Part shown: positions 25,745 to 39,465 of the stretch, in pieces
How the letters are laid out: every line of letters starts with the position of its first letter
Numbering within the stretch: the stretch's first letter is position 1
Assembly: GCF_006345805.1 (NCBI RefSeq)
Contig: NC_043010.1
Span: forward strand, 30,318,001-30,382,000
Source: Octopus sinensis
Lineage: Eukaryota
Direction: 5' to 3'
Length of the DNA: 64,000 nt
Translations under genes and position numbers: made by a program
Notes under the pieces: model-generated
The model's input: the letters and a program-made list of their open reading frames with translations, nothing else
The model's database searches: none
What the model was told of the DNA's origin: nothing

Positions 25745-25990
25745 GGAGAGTTGAGACCAAATGGCGTATAAGAGCGAAGAGAGAAGATTAATTCTTGTTC
25801 ACGGCGCAAACGGGAATCCGGATGGCCTCTGTGTAAGGACAAACCGAAAACAGACAGGTGTTGCAAGGAGTGACCGGTGGAGCGGAAATGGCGTGAGACC
25901 GGTGTGTCGTTCGCAAGGCGGATGTCACGAAGGTGTTCCGCGAACCGGTCAGCCAAGCGGCGTCCCTTTGTCTGATGTACAGGGAATGGC
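25745..25990 (-). mobile_element. Penelope-like GIY-YIG endonuclease C-terminal fragment
   Basis: CHSLYI(frameshift)[34 protein letters not shown]...[18 protein letters not shown]. Confidence 0.85.
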
Positions 25991-26041
25991 AGATATATAT
26001 ATGCACACATATATATACATAAACACATATACATATATATA

Positions 26042-26085
<44 letters not shown>

Positions 26086-26278
26086 ATATATACATATATA
26101 TATACACATATATATATACATACACACATATATATAATATATATATATATACATATAAACATATTATATATATATATATATACATATATATACATATATA
26201 CATACATATATATACATACATATTTATACAAATATATACATACACATATATATAACATATATACATATAAACATATAA

Positions 26279-26324
<46 letters not shown>

Positions 26325-26430
26325 CATATATATATATATAATATATATACATATATATATACATACATATATATATATATATGCATATATATATATAGAG
26401 AGAGACATATACATATAAATACATATATAC

Positions 26431-26489
<59 letters not shown>

Positions 26490-26800
26490 TATATATATAC
26501 AAACATATACATATATATATATACATATATCTATACACATACATATATAACATATATACATATATATATATATACATATATATACATATATACATATATA
26601 TATATATGTATACATTTATATATACACATATATATATATAATATATATATCACCGTGATCACCGTGACCGACTAGGTTATCAGATGTGCTACACATCGCT
26701 GGTCACAATGCGCTTCGCGTTGTTTTAGCCTTCAAATGACGCCACCCCGCTGGCTAAACGAGCAGGCTACATATATATATATATATATATATGTATACAT

Positions 26801-26844
<44 letters not shown>

Positions 26845-26971
26845 CATATATATATCACCGTGATCACCGTGACCGACTAGGTTATCAGATGTTGCTACAC
26901 ATCGCTGGTCACAATGCGCTTCGCGGGTTTAGCCTTCAAATGACGCCACCCCGCTGGCTAAACGAGCAGGC

Positions 26972-27038
<67 letters not shown>

Positions 27039-27123
27039 TCCAAACGGGAAACAAAAAAAACAACAACAATGGAACAATTACAGTATTATTATTAATAGGC
27101 GCTCAGGAAAAGGAAGCAGGGAG

Positions 27124-27158
27124 GTATGACGTTTCGAGCGGAGCTCTTCGTCGGAAAC
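27124..27158 (-). ncRNA. Minimal hammerhead-like motif in a Penelope-type terminal repeat (27035-27330)
   Basis: Minus strand GTTT-CCGACGA-A-GAGC-TCC-GCTC-GAAAC-GTC-ATAC, with a GUC cleavage triplet. Confidence 0.65.
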
Positions 27159-27339
27159 ATAAAGAAGGAAGAGAGAGGAAAGAAAGATCCCAGAGCGGGC
27201 AACAGGGAAAGAGAAAAAAGACGACTGGTGTTTACGAGTTGCACATGGTGAAAGGCGGATGTTTACGAAAACAGAGCAAAGTGGGTTTTTAAAGGCAAAA
27301 GAGTGGAGACAAGGTTGGTAACGCAACAGATGTGTGTGT

Positions 27340-29760
27340 ATGTGTGAGTGTGTGCGTGTGCGTGTGTGTATGTGTGTGTGTGAGGCGAGATGAAAAAACA
27401 AAAAAATATATGTGTGTGTTAGTGTGTGCGTCTGTGTGTAGGCGTGTGAGGTAGGGCGAGACAGTGGTCAGCTTAGCAGACAAAGGTCAGTAGTAAGAAA
27501 AAGAAGGAAGGAGGAAGGGAGGGAGGGGAAGGGGTGGGGGCGTATGTAGCGTGCCAGCGTGTGTTGAGTAGTAGTGTTGTGTGTGTCCAGTGTCGTGGTG
27601 GTATAAATGGCGAGTAGATTGAATGTGTGTAAGAGTAATGTATATATTTAAGCAATGTGTGTATATGTGTGCGCGTGTGTGTAACGAAAAAGGGGGGGGG
27701 TTAAGGAAAAAGGACTCCAGCTGAGGGGAAGATGGAAGAGTGGTCCCGCGGAGGCGGGGGGAAAACCCAACGACACGCGACGGTCCCAGGAACGGGCGGG
27801 AGGTCTTGTCGGTTCCAAGAGCGAGGTGCCTGCGGAGCGTATGCGTACGCGAACCGGCGCAAGCGCGTGCGTGCGCGAGCCTGCGAGTATGTGCGTAAGT
27901 ATGTATGTGTGTGGATGTGTGAGTGTGTCTGTGTGTATGTCCGGGTGGCAGTGTGTCCGATGAATGTATGTGAGTATGTGTGTATGTATGTGTGTGCATA
28001 GATGTATGTCGTCGTGTGTGTGTGTGTGTGTGTGTATGTGTGTGAGTGTGTATGTATGTACGTGTGGGTGTGGGGAAGTGTGTGTATGTGCATGTGTGTG
28101 CGCGTACATACAGGTGTGTGAGTGAGTGTGTGTGTGTGTATGTATGTGTGAGTGTGTATGTATGTGTGTGTAGGATGCATGTATGTGTATGGGTGTATGT
28201 ATGCGTGTGTGTATGTATGTATGTGTACGTGCGTGTGTGTGTGTGTATGCGTGTAGGTGTGCGCGTGTGCATGCATGCATGCATGCATGTGCGTATGTGT
28301 GTGTGTGTGTGCATGTGTGTGGGTATATATGTATGTGCGTATATGTGTGTGTGTGCGTACATGTGTGTGTGTGTGTATGCATGTGTGTGTATGTAGGTGT
28401 GGGTGTGGGCGTGTGTGTATAGGTGTATGTATGTAAGTATGTATGGGTGTGTCCATGTATGTGTGTGTATGTATGTGTGTGTATGTAGGTGTGTGGGCGT
28501 GTGTATATGTGTGTGTATGTAGGTGTGTGGGCGTGTGTATATAGGTGTATGTGTGTATGTCTGGGTGTGTCCGTGCATGTTTGTGTGTGTGTGTGTATGC
28601 ATGTGTATGTAGGTGTGTGTGTGTGCATGTGTATAAGTATATGTGTGTGTGCGTAGTGTGTATATGTGTATGTGTGTGTGTGTATGTGGTGTGTATGTAT
28701 GTGTAGCGCGTGTGTGTGTAGATGTATGTATGGGTGTGTGTCCGTGTGTGTTTGTGTGTGTGTGTAGGTAGATGTGTGTGTCTGAGTGAGGGTATGGTTG
28801 TGTAGGTGTGTGTGTGTATGAATGTAAGTGTGTGTGTATACAAGTGTAATGTATGTATGTAGGTGTGTGTGTGTGTGTGTGTATGTGTACGTGTGCGTGT
28901 GTATGTGTGTGTGTGTATGCGTGTGAGTGTGAGTGTATGGGTGTATGTCTGTGTGTGTGTATGTCTGAAGTAGGTATGTATGTGTATGTATGTATGTGTG
29001 TGTGTGTGTGCAGGTATGTGTGTGTATGTGTGTGTGTGAGTAGGTGTGCGTGTATGTATGTGGGTAGGGATGCATGCGAGTGTGTGGGTATGTATGCATA
29101 CATACGCACGCGCACATCCGAAGCAAGCCCACACACACGAAGCGCGCCCACGCACACAACGCACAAGCAGTACAACGCAAGCCCAAGGGGCCGACCAAGC
29201 CCCCAGCGCGCGCCAAGGCGCGCGAGCGCAAAGGCCCTCGAACGCCCCGCTACGCGGGAACCGAGGATCCATCAGCCAAAAACCGGAAAGCAGAAAAGAG
29301 GGGGGGCTGCCTGGATGCAAAAAGGTGTATGTGTGTGTGCATTCAGTGTAAGGGTGTGCATGTGTAGGTATGTATGTATGTATGTGCCTACATGTATGTT
29401 TGCATGTGTGTGTGTGAAGTATGTACGTGCGGTGTGTGTGTGTGAGTGTGTGTGTATGTATGTGCGTATGTATGTGTGTGTATGTGTGTATGTATGTCTG
29501 TGTGTGTGTGTGTGTGTAAGTATGTATGTGTGTGCGTATGTATGTATGTGTGTGTGTATGTGCATGTTGGTTTGTATGTTAGTGTGTGTTAGTATGTCTG
29601 TAAGTGTGTGTGATTAAATGTGTGAATGTATGTACGTAGATGGGTCTACGTATGTGTGTGTGTGAACAGGCGTGTGGGAGGTAGGTGGGTGGGGGGGTGT
29701 GGGAGGTAGGTGGGTGGGTGTGTGTGAGTGGTGTGTCCACAAAAAAAAAAAAAAAAAAAA
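27340..29760. repeat. ~2.4-kb imperfect (GT)n/(GTAT)n low-complexity tract with two GC-rich interruptions
   Basis: Direct inspection. Source of the spurious 527-562 aa His/Thr-rich ORFs. Confidence 0.9.
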
Positions 29761-29768
29761 AACCGATC

Positions 29769-30490
29769 TCAAGAGGAGGGGGCTGTGTTAAGTCCGTGTG
29801 GGGTGGTAGTTTGTAGGGTGAAGATGTAGCGTTGCTCCAAGTGGAGCCTGGAAAGTGGGCGACCATGGTGGGGGGCGAGACCAAACACTGAGATGTCATC
29901 TAGGGAATGGCCGGCCGAGCGGAAGTGGCGTGCGACGGGAGAAAGAGAGTGTAGGCGAACGTCCCTCAAGTGTTCAGTGAAACGGTCGGACAACCGGCGT
30001 CCCGTCTGTCCTACATACAGCATCCCGCATAGGTTGCATTAATGCAGTAAATAAGGCCAGACGAGGTGCACGTAAAAGAGTGCCTAATGCGTACAGGTGC
30101 AGGTTGGAGCCGGTGACAGCGGTGGGTTGGTGATGAAGGGCAAGTGTTGCAACGGGATCTAGAGCAAGGGAATGATCCGTGTGGGGCTGAGGGGAAGGAG
30201 AGAGGGTGCTGTGGACCAGGAGGTCACGCAGATTGCGGGCTCGTTTGAAGAGGACAGGAGTAGGTTAGGGAAAATGGGGCGGGTGGTGGGATCAAGCTGG
30301 AGGCGACGGAAGGCACGTAGTATCTTGCGACGAAGGGGTAGGGTAGAGGGGTGGAAAAGGAGGGGAAGGGGGTGCGGTTGGGGGGGGGCCGGGGGGAAGG
30401 AGACAGGGCGGTAGTGCGGTCGATGCGCGGGCGCGGGTGAGGGCATCAGAGAGGAGTATGGGTGGGTAACCTCGGAGTCTGAACATGCGG
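29769..30490 (-). mobile_element. Penelope-like RT C-terminus, linker and GIY-YIG endonuclease
   Basis: FRLRGYPP, LFHPSTLPLRRKILRAFRRLQLDPTTRPIFP and LYVGQTGRRLSDRFTEHLRDVR...ARHFRSAGHSLDD...LEQRYIFTLQTTTPHGLN. Confidence 0.85.
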
Positions 30491-30646
30491 GCCAGGTATT
30501 GAGATTGGGTATATATATATATATATTATATATGTATATATGTATATATATATATATAAGGGAGAATTCACGAAAGCAAACGACGAAGACAGGTGGTGTA
30601 GAAAACAAACAGATGTATTAGTATAACGATCGGGAATTGAAGAAGT

Positions 30647-30682
30647 CTTTTACGTTTCGAGCCTACGCCCTTCCACAGAAAG
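30647..30682 (-). ncRNA. Minimal hammerhead-like motif in a Penelope-type terminal repeat (30555-30830)
   Basis: Minus strand CTTT-CTGTGGA-A-GGGC-GTAG-GCTC-GAAAC-GTA-AAAG. Confidence 0.55.
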
Positions 30683-31079
30683 GAACACAGAAAGAAACAA
30701 GGAGAGAAACAAGGCGAGAAAATAAAATGTGTGTAGTGGCTATTGATCTATCATGGCGTTTGCTGGACAGAAGGGTCACATAAGAGAGCGATGAAGTACG
30801 GGAGATAACAAAGTAATAGTGATCCCAAAACGAAGGCGCGCGCGTGTGTAAGAGAGTACGTATGTGCGTGTGGAAGAGGGCTGGTGGTCTTGACGTGTGC
30901 GTGTGTGTATGTATAGGTGTGAAAATGTAGGGATGGTAATTGGTCAGTGCTGGTGTGTGGGTGGTGGTGTGTTGGGATGTGATTTGTTGTGTGGTGTAGT
31001 GGTGTGTGGTGTGACGTTGGGAGGTGGGGGAAGCGAGACTGGGGAAAGCAATGGTGGAGTGTGGGTTAGTTAAATCACT

Positions 31080-31406
31080 GTTAATAATGTTAGCCGAGAC
31101 CTCTGCCCCTGATGCGATGAACTTAGTTGAACACTGTTTGTCTAGCGGACAGGATTCTGCATTACGACAATTAGAGCCTGGGTTCGCCTCTTGCCGGTTC
31201 CTGCGGTTGATAATACTTTTCATGTTTGGGCAGCAGCTGTACGATAATTTAACAGTATTTCTGTTAAATATCTTCCTGTATCTATCTCCTACAGGAAAGT
31301 GCTTATCTAATAGTGTCAGGAATATTTTACCAATATTCGACATCAATCTTGCAATCTGCATGTGCTTGATGTAGCATCTCGGATCGATTGGACGTGGATA
31401 TTTCAT
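31080..31406 (-). mobile_element. Penelope-like fragment (second lineage; post-RT linker)
   Basis: NIGKIFLTLLDKHFPVGDRYRKIFNRNTVKLSYSCCPNMKSIIN...NCRNAESCPLDKQC. Confidence 0.8.
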
Positions 31407-31409
31407 TCG

Positions 31410-33802
31410 GAGTTTGAACTAACTTTTCTAGCATCTTTGCTTTCTCTATTTCGCGATAATTTGCTTTCAGATGTTTGTGTAAGTGCGTGTCGTTAACTTG
31501 AACAAATCCGGTGATACCACCGCCAATGCTGACTATCACATAATCCCGTTTCCAGAGGGCGTCTCTCACCTCCGGCATCAAATGCCCCATGTAATCATCG
31601 AGCACATAAATGGCAAAGTTTGCATGGAAAAACATATTGAATCGGTTTGGAAGGTTATAGTATAGAGTAGCTGTTCTAATCTATGAGAACCTTTCGGAGA
31701 CCATTGACATTTCAGTGTGGACAGGGCATTCAGAAGTGAAGGTCATTTTCCAGTTCTTTCAAATACAAACTCTGGGATACGATTTATTTTGGTATCATTG
31801 CTAACGTGGGTGAACACTGTGATATATTCCCAAGACAAATGGTGGTTTCCTTTGATGAACATATCTTCTGAATGATAAAGTAGCTTTCCGCTACTTTCAT
31901 TCCGGTCCAAGGGCATTTAATCTCCATTGATAATAGGAGGATCTACGCCAAATTTATCAAGGAAATAATGACGCACACTCCATATGTTCTTCAAATAATC
32001 CTGAATGTACTCAACACATTGCTCTTTGGAGATTCAAATGCGTTCAGTGATACCCTATACTCCTTTTGCCAACCTTTCATCCACCTTTCTGAAAAACGAA
32101 GCTTTTCCTCGGTAGGTGTGTTTGGGTGTTGGCAAATCTACGCCTCATAAAATTTCTCATCCTCTAATGGGAAAAGAGCCTATGATGATCTCGCATGCAG
32201 CGATGTTCTAACATCCACAAACCATTCAAACAAGGCGTCTCTCACGCCAGGTAATTCTGTTTTACAACCTCCTCCAGCGACTCTGAAACGTTTCTTTGGA
32301 TTGTTTTCAGCACTGTCAAGTTCGCCTTTCAGATATTTTCATAGCAGCATTTAGCTACTTTAACAGCAGAATCAAACAGCTGATCAGAATTTTTGTCACC
32401 GGCCAAATTCGAGTAAAACAACGAACTGCTTTGGCGAGATATTCCTGTTTTGGGGTGTCTGGGACATGGCGTTTCCTTTTAGCATCCCAATGAGTTTCTC
32501 CTTTCATTCGCTCTAATTCAGAATCATACTCCTCTTTGCATTTGCTAACCACGATAGTAAGTGCTTGCTTTTCTTCTATAGAATAATGTCCATACGTTGC
32601 ACCAAAAATACTCTGTTCTCTGCCTTGATGTTATGAAAGAAAGTTCAAAGAGAAATTACTCCAGTCGTGTTGAAGTTGTTACATCCTTATTCCGTAAAAA
32701 GCTTGTCCTGTGACGATAAACAGTTCATCATTGAAGGTCTTAGTTTGCGTGGAATTTGTGTTGGTGATTGGTAGAGAAATCGTAGAGAAATTGAAAATGA
32801 AGATTTGTTGACTACAGGGTGGAGTAGCAGTAAACTCACGCGTATGTTACAGAGTGGAGCAATTTTCAAGCCTCAAGATACACTGGTTGCAAAGTATATT
32901 TTCTGACAGCAATTTCCTTGTTTTGTATGTGTCCTGAAGTAGGTGTGATGTGTCCCGAAATGATTAATCTTCTTAATGTTGAAGGTAATCAATGACCTAA
33001 AAATGTTGAAGGCTCACCGGCATGAACGTTGCCTACATACACTGTGGATAAGTATTTTTCTTCCGTGCGTAATGAAAACAAATACGACAAACCAGGTTTT
33101 CTTCCCATTCTTATCATGTTTTTTTTTAGTCATGCTGATTCACAATTTGTGTCAGTCAAAATAATAACGAATTCTCCAGAGTTTGTTGTTTTGTACTAGT
33201 AACGGGAGTCAGTTTAAACAACTTTCCCCTTCCCTTTAAATTGCTGGCCTTGTGCCTAAGCATCGCGCAACGGGCCTTGCAGCATAGAGTTATGGCCCAT
33301 TACGTTCAGAGTTCAATCTCACTGAGGTTAGCTTTACATTTCATCCATACGGGGTCGATAAAATAAAGCAACAGTAATGTACTGGACCGCTTTAATCCAT
33401 TTATCCCTCCCCACAAATTGTTGGCCTTGTGCCTAAATGAGAAAACATTATTTTATTTTTTTTAGGTTGTTACCCTTGATTTTTTTCTAAAACCAGAATT
33501 AGTTATTTAGTTTATACATCCTATTTATTTTATAATAAATGGTATTACTTCTAAAGTACAATAAAATAATTATTAGATTCTCCAGCTGTTGTATCAATAT
33601 GAATAGCTTACAATAAAATTTCACCGGAGATAGATTAGCAGAATTTAATAAGGGAGGAGAGTGGAATAAAAGCGGGGGAGGGGTGGAAAAAATCTAAAAA
33701 ATTAATAAGCGGGTGGAGGGAATAAAAGCGGAGGTAGTGGAATAAATCTAAAAAATTAAAAAGCAGGTGGGATGGGGATGATTAATCAAGACCTTAGAAT
33801 AG
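31410..33802 (-). mobile_element. Decayed pogo/Tigger-like DNA transposon (coding remnant about 31410-32560)
   Basis: GGGCKTELPGVRDALFEWFVDVR (CENP-B-like HTH) and AIYVLDDYMGHLMPEVRDAL...GGGITGFVQVNDTHLHKHLKA (DDE region). Subterminal direct repeats at 33630-33800 are tentatively included. Confidence 0.6.
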
Positions 33803-34677
33803 ATAGATAGAAATGGCACAGACGTTTTGTTTCGAGAAGATTCAGGGGAGATAAGCATAGTTAAACTTAATGGTGCTAGATTCAGACGAGAAATTTCTCA
33901 ACTTTTTTGCAAATACAAACTTAGTTATTACTTAGGAGAGATTAAGAGAGAGAGAGGGGGGGGGGGCGTTTAAAATGCAAATTATAGTTTAATAAATGTT
34001 GTTAAACAATTGTGATCGAAACAATGCTTGTGTAATTCTAGATATGTAAATTCATGTGTAACTTGGTAATTTTGTGTAGTATGCACTTAAAAAGGTTGTG
34101 AGAAGCTTTCTTGGTAAAAAAAAAATTAATATGTTCACAAGAAAAGGTGTGTGACTTAAAGGAGATATAGCCATTCTTTCTAGCACATCCTACGATCACT
34201 TTTGTCACTGTTATATGTATCGATGTTTTTCATTATTTTTCTTCTTATATCACATTTATGCTATTAAAAAAAATTGAAAATTTCTGATTTTTTTCATACC
34301 CATTGTTTCTACTTATAATTTTAAAATATTGGATACAGAAGCAATTATTGACAGATTCGCACAATCATTTAGTGAACACAAACGATTGCTCTTAATATAG
34401 TGGACTGCATATAATACAAGTTTTGTACCTCCTTGCGACAATGTAAACTTTCATTTAAATAAGATATCCTTGGCCTGAAGATTGGCCTGTGGTACACACT
34501 TCGCCTGGATATTTACCATTTCTGAGGTTCCGCTCGCTATGAAACATATGTAGCCCGGATCTTATCTACTCCATTCCTTAACTCTTGTATGTGTGTGCCT
34601 GTGTGTGTGTCCACGCGCGCGTTTATATGTATGTATGTATATATGTATATATATATATATATATACACATACGCACA

Positions 34678-36360
34678 CTAGCAGAGTTACCCGGCATTGC
34701 CCGAGTTACATACAATTGAAGAATTAGACTTTTCTGTTATATTTTCTGTAATGAACTGGAATACCTACATTTCGAATTTCATCAAAATTGCAGATGAGGG
34801 TTATTCCCCTCTTTGCACACCCAAACAAAATTGTAATCATGCCACATGTATCCCATACTACTGATTTTTATGCGCATATTCCAAAATTCCAGTCTCATAG
34901 AACCTGTTAAAGGGATTTTGCTCCTGAAAAATGGAGGTCATGGGGCTCTAAAATGTGAGAGTTAACGCCCCTATTGGGGGTGGGCATCTTAATGTCAACC
35001 AGAGAAGTTGAATTGTTGAGAATCTTTTTAACTTGGGTCTTATATCTATTGTTTGAATTTCTTTGAAATAGGAAATATATGTTCACTGGGTTTGTAAAAA
35101 AGAGCAAAGCTACAGGATACCAAAAGATGAATGATCACAATAAGCAGTTAGTTACCCTACCCTAGTCGTTACCATTCCCAATGTAGTATTCTTCACCATC
35201 AAGGTGACAGGCACAGCCGTAAGATGCATTACGAATCTATAGCAATTGGAAGGGCATGACCCAACTGAAATAAACATTAACAACTGTGTGACATGAGGGC
35301 TAAGGAGAAATGAAAGTTGGAGTTTGCAAATGACCACTATACTGATACGTAACTGGACAGAATAAATATACAATCTATAAATGTCTTTGAATAACCAATC
35401 ACTCATCTGGGAAGGCCTTGAAATCAATGTTACCATGTGGGGACTATGTGTGACCCAGTGATGATAATAAGACTGAAAGGAGATCTGCAATCAAATATCT
35501 TTACTCAACACTTTGCAACTGAATCAGTGGAGGCAAAGATGCTTCTCATTTACTTGACAATTTATGCAGCACATTGCAGAAATCACAATGTAAGTGTATA
35601 TCAAAGCAAACTGTTACACTGTTGTACCATTGAATTAGAAATAATGCCCAACTTTAATGCTCAACTAACCCTACAGCTTCCAAGAGCACAACTATATTCG
35701 TTTTTGCTTAGATAAAATGACAAAATTGTGGGTGTTAAGTCCTCATGGAGGGGTCTTTCTAACTTGTAAGAAGATGAAATTTTATAAATATTATTTCATT
35801 TGTATCTAATATCTATGGTTAAAATTTCATCAACAGCAAAAATATATGAATTGTCATGGGGGTTGTGGCCCTTATGCATAGAATATAATTTCCAAATTTC
35901 GTAAAGATCCATTCAGTACTTTTGACTTAGTTATGGATCATAAAAGAAATGAATAAAATTTGGGAGTTAAGGCCCCCATTAGGGTGTCTTAGAATTCTCA
36001 TGTGAAGTGGAAACTCTGAGAATACTTCTTGATGTGTGTCAATTACCCATGGTTGAAATTTCATCAACATCGAAAATTTATGAATGTTCATGGGGGGTTC
36101 TGACCCCTTTAAGCCATCTGAAATTCAAACCAAACATATTGCATTATACCTGCCCTGATGCATTGAATCTAAGTTTCAAATATCATAAGGATCCATTCAG
36201 TGATTTTGGTCCATGAAATTGTATGAAACACACAGCATTACCCTTCTCCCTAGGCTTCGATTTTGTGTTCCAAATTTCATTATGATCGGTGCAGCAATTT
36301 TCGAATGTATAAGTAATACAAGAACACATAAAGACATTGTCTTTGATATAAAAGTATGAA
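34678..36360 (-). mobile_element. Helitron-like non-autonomous element; a related partial copy lies at about 36660-37170
   Basis: Plus strand a|ctagcagagttacccggcattgcccgagt is a CTAG 3' end plus hairpin like the 9817 element. Modular aaatttcat repeats; gaagaattagacttttctg is shared at about 34718 and 36662. The 5' end is uncertain. Confidence 0.55.
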
Positions 36361-36371
36361 TGTACACATAT

Positions 36372-36427
<56 letters not shown>

Positions 36428-36457
36428 TTGCACGTACGTATGTGTGTATGTGTGTAT

Positions 36458-36540
<83 letters not shown>

Positions 36541-37123
36541 GTATATATATATATATTATCGATCTAGTTAGCAAACCGCTAAGTCATTTTATCGATCTCA
36601 TTTGGCGAACCGCTAATTCGATCGTGTTTGTCGAAATGCTAAGTCATTTTATCGATATAAAGAAGAATTAGACTTTTCTGTGGTGCAGGTGTGGCTGCGT
36701 GGTAACAAACTTCGTTCCAAAATACAGGGTCCTGGGTTTAAATTTAAATTTTAAATAATAAGGGTGAGAAATTGAATATTAATTTGATTAATATGAATTG
36801 AAAACCAGTGGTGTAGCATATAAGACCATAGCAGATCTTCTTCTAGAAATATGGATGTCCAGTTAATGGTTCATCCCTCTGATATAATAGTTTGACTTTA
36901 ATAGTTTTAATATTAAAGTGAAAGTATCTGACATTACAATAGAGAAATGTTTTTGTTTCATTTTTAACACGTAATACTGAAATAGTGGAGAAGATATGAT
37001 ATTGCTGTGGGCTCGCCCTAGGCAAGAAGTTTTTTTGCCCATGACACTCCCTGGACCCTAAGTAAGGTATGTGTAAAATTTGAATGAAATTGGTTGTCTA
37101 GTTCTCAAGTTTTAGGGATTCAC

Positions 37124-37156
<33 letters not shown>

Positions 37157-37244
37157 TTCTCAGTTATATATATATATATATATATATTATATACATACAT
37201 ACACATACATACGTACATATATACATATATATATATATATATAT

Positions 37245-37292
<48 letters not shown>

Positions 37293-37512
37293 GTATATGT
37301 ATATGTATATATATATACGCACACACATATATATATATATATAGATATAGATATATATGTATATGTATATAAATATATATGTATGTGTATCATCATCATC
37401 ATCATCATCATTTAGCGTCCGTTTTCCATGCTAGCATGGGTTATATATATATACACCTACACACACATATATATATATACATTTATATATATATATGTGT
37501 GTGTGCGTGCAC

Positions 37513-37543
<31 letters not shown>

Positions 37544-38069
37544 GTTACAGGACATTACCAACTGTAAACAACATGAAATACGAAAACAAAGGACTTCAAT
37601 AGGCAAACAGCGAGAGAAACAGATGGAAAACAGGACAAGCAACAGAAAGATCGACCCTTCATCAGTTGTCGGTTGTCTATCTACTCCTGATTTCGAGCAC
37701 TAAACGACAATACACATGCACCCCCACACACACACATATTCATTTATAGACATTATATACATAGACTGTTTGGTATATGTTTTCATTATTCTCATTTCGC
37801 AGTTTAAATCTTGCTACTCCCCAAATTTAGTTTTTCACTTCAAAACATACGTTAGAATAAATACCATTAATAATTTAGAGTAATGTTTGTGATATCTGGT
37901 TACAGATCTTCACGATCTGAAGTGAACTTTCTTTGTATCCTCTCGCAGTTGGAAAAATATATACCAGTTAAGTGCTGGATTGATATACATACATACATTA
38001 AGTATGTAGTTATATATAAGCATATATATATAAACATTTTTATATATTTATATATATATATATTATATA

Positions 38070-38118
<49 letters not shown>

Positions 38119-38119
<1 letters not shown>

Positions 38120-38529
38120 GGAGTGGCTGTGTGGTATGGTAAGTAGCTTGCTAACCAACCACATGGTTCCGGGTTCAGTACCACCGCGTGGCATCTTGGG
38201 CAAGTGTCTTCTGCTATAGCCCCGGGCCGACCAATGCCTTGTGAGTGGATTTGGTAGACGGAAACTGAAAGAAGCCTGTCGTATATATGTATATGTATAT
38301 ATATGTATGTGTGTGTTTGTGTGTCTGTGTTTGTCCCTCTAGCATTGCTTGACAACCGATGCTGGTGTGTTTACGTCCCCGTAACTTAGCGGTTTGGCAA
38401 AAGAGACCGATAGAATAAGTACTGGGCTTACAAAGACTAAGTCCCGGGGTCGATTTGCTCGACTAAAGGCGGTGCTCGTGCATGGCCGCAGTCAAATGAC
38501 TGAAACAAGTAAAAGAGTAAAAGAGTAAA
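38119..38529 (+). mobile_element. Full-length family-A tRNA-derived SINE; other copies at 45900-46127(-), 52346-52717(-), 56302-56668(+) and 61569-61920(-)
   Basis: A-box-like tggctgtgtgg, B-box-like ggttcagt(a/c)cc, conserved body cttgggcaagtgtcttc...gccttgtgagtggatttggtagacggaaactgaaagaagcc, internal microsatellite and (aagagta)n tail. Confidence 0.9.
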
Positions 38530-39248
38530 TATATATATATATATATATGTATAAACATTAAGAACAGTTTTTAATGGTCAATGAAGGTCTTCTGATCATT
38601 AAGAACATCAAAAACTTTGTTCTTAACGCGGAATTTTTCCTTGTGTTCTGCCTGTTCAATCCTCTGTGTGTGTATGTGTGTATGTGTGCGTGTGTGTGCG
38701 TGCGTGTGTGCGCGCTAGCACGTGCGCGCTTCAATTAGTAAATCCGCGCCAAGACGTAAGCGGTCGATCCACATAAATTGAAAGAGATCATGCAGTTTGT
38801 GCTGTAGAGTGATCTGCCCCTTAGTTACAGTCCAGCTGTAACTGATCGATCAATAACGTAGTGAGGTCGGGGGGCACAGAGGAAGCGCGCAATTCGACCG
38901 GGAGCTACGGGTGCTTGGACGCTGTTATTGTTTAGGCCAAGATCAGACTTGATTTTTCGTAACCGTGACTAAAAGAATTTCAGCCGTGTCCATCCCGTCT
39001 CGTTTTCTTCATGTTTAATGTATCTACGACTACATTATCCAATGGCTCCCTCATTTTTAAGACGGCTGGGCGAGACATGGCTGCTATTTTCAGCAAATCA
39101 AGCGACGACGTAGAAATTCCCTCATTGGCTTGTAAGTTTTCCTCCTTTGTATTTATCACACACTCAATTTTATATTATTCATTGTCCGTTTTTGCCATAC
39201 ATTCACCATTAATACATACATCCGTCTATTTAATTAATTAGCCTTTTT

Positions 39249-39339
39249 GGCGGAGGTAAAGTATACGTACACCACCCGTTTTCGGCGTAACAAAAATCCT
39301 AACCCTAAACACCGGGTGTACGTATTCTTTACTTTCGCC
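39249..39339. repeat. 91-bp mini inverted-repeat element (25-bp imperfect arms around cctaaccctaa)
   Basis: ggcggaggtaaagtatacgtacacc pairs with ggtgtacgtattctttactttcgcc. Confidence 0.6.
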
Positions 39340-39465
39340 CCCTTAAAAGAAAAAATTCCGTTCTCTTCTTCAATGACCAAATTCATAATTAATCAACAGC
39401 ATACAGTTCTCAATTGCAGATTTTCTCCCCTTTCCCTGTCATTCCTATAAAACCTACAATACACA

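Noticed and set aside
38119-38190. tRNA genes at SINE heads (also 1780, 15480 and 56302)
   Set aside because: Only A/B-box-like remnants continuing into SINE bodies; no cloverleaf.
39010-39140. CCAAT boxes, YY1-like acatggctgc and a gtaagt donor as the ZNF promoter/first exon
   Set aside because: The segment matches a dispersed repeat seen in decayed form at about 48120, 51240 and 60200, so the motifs are not locus-specific evidence.
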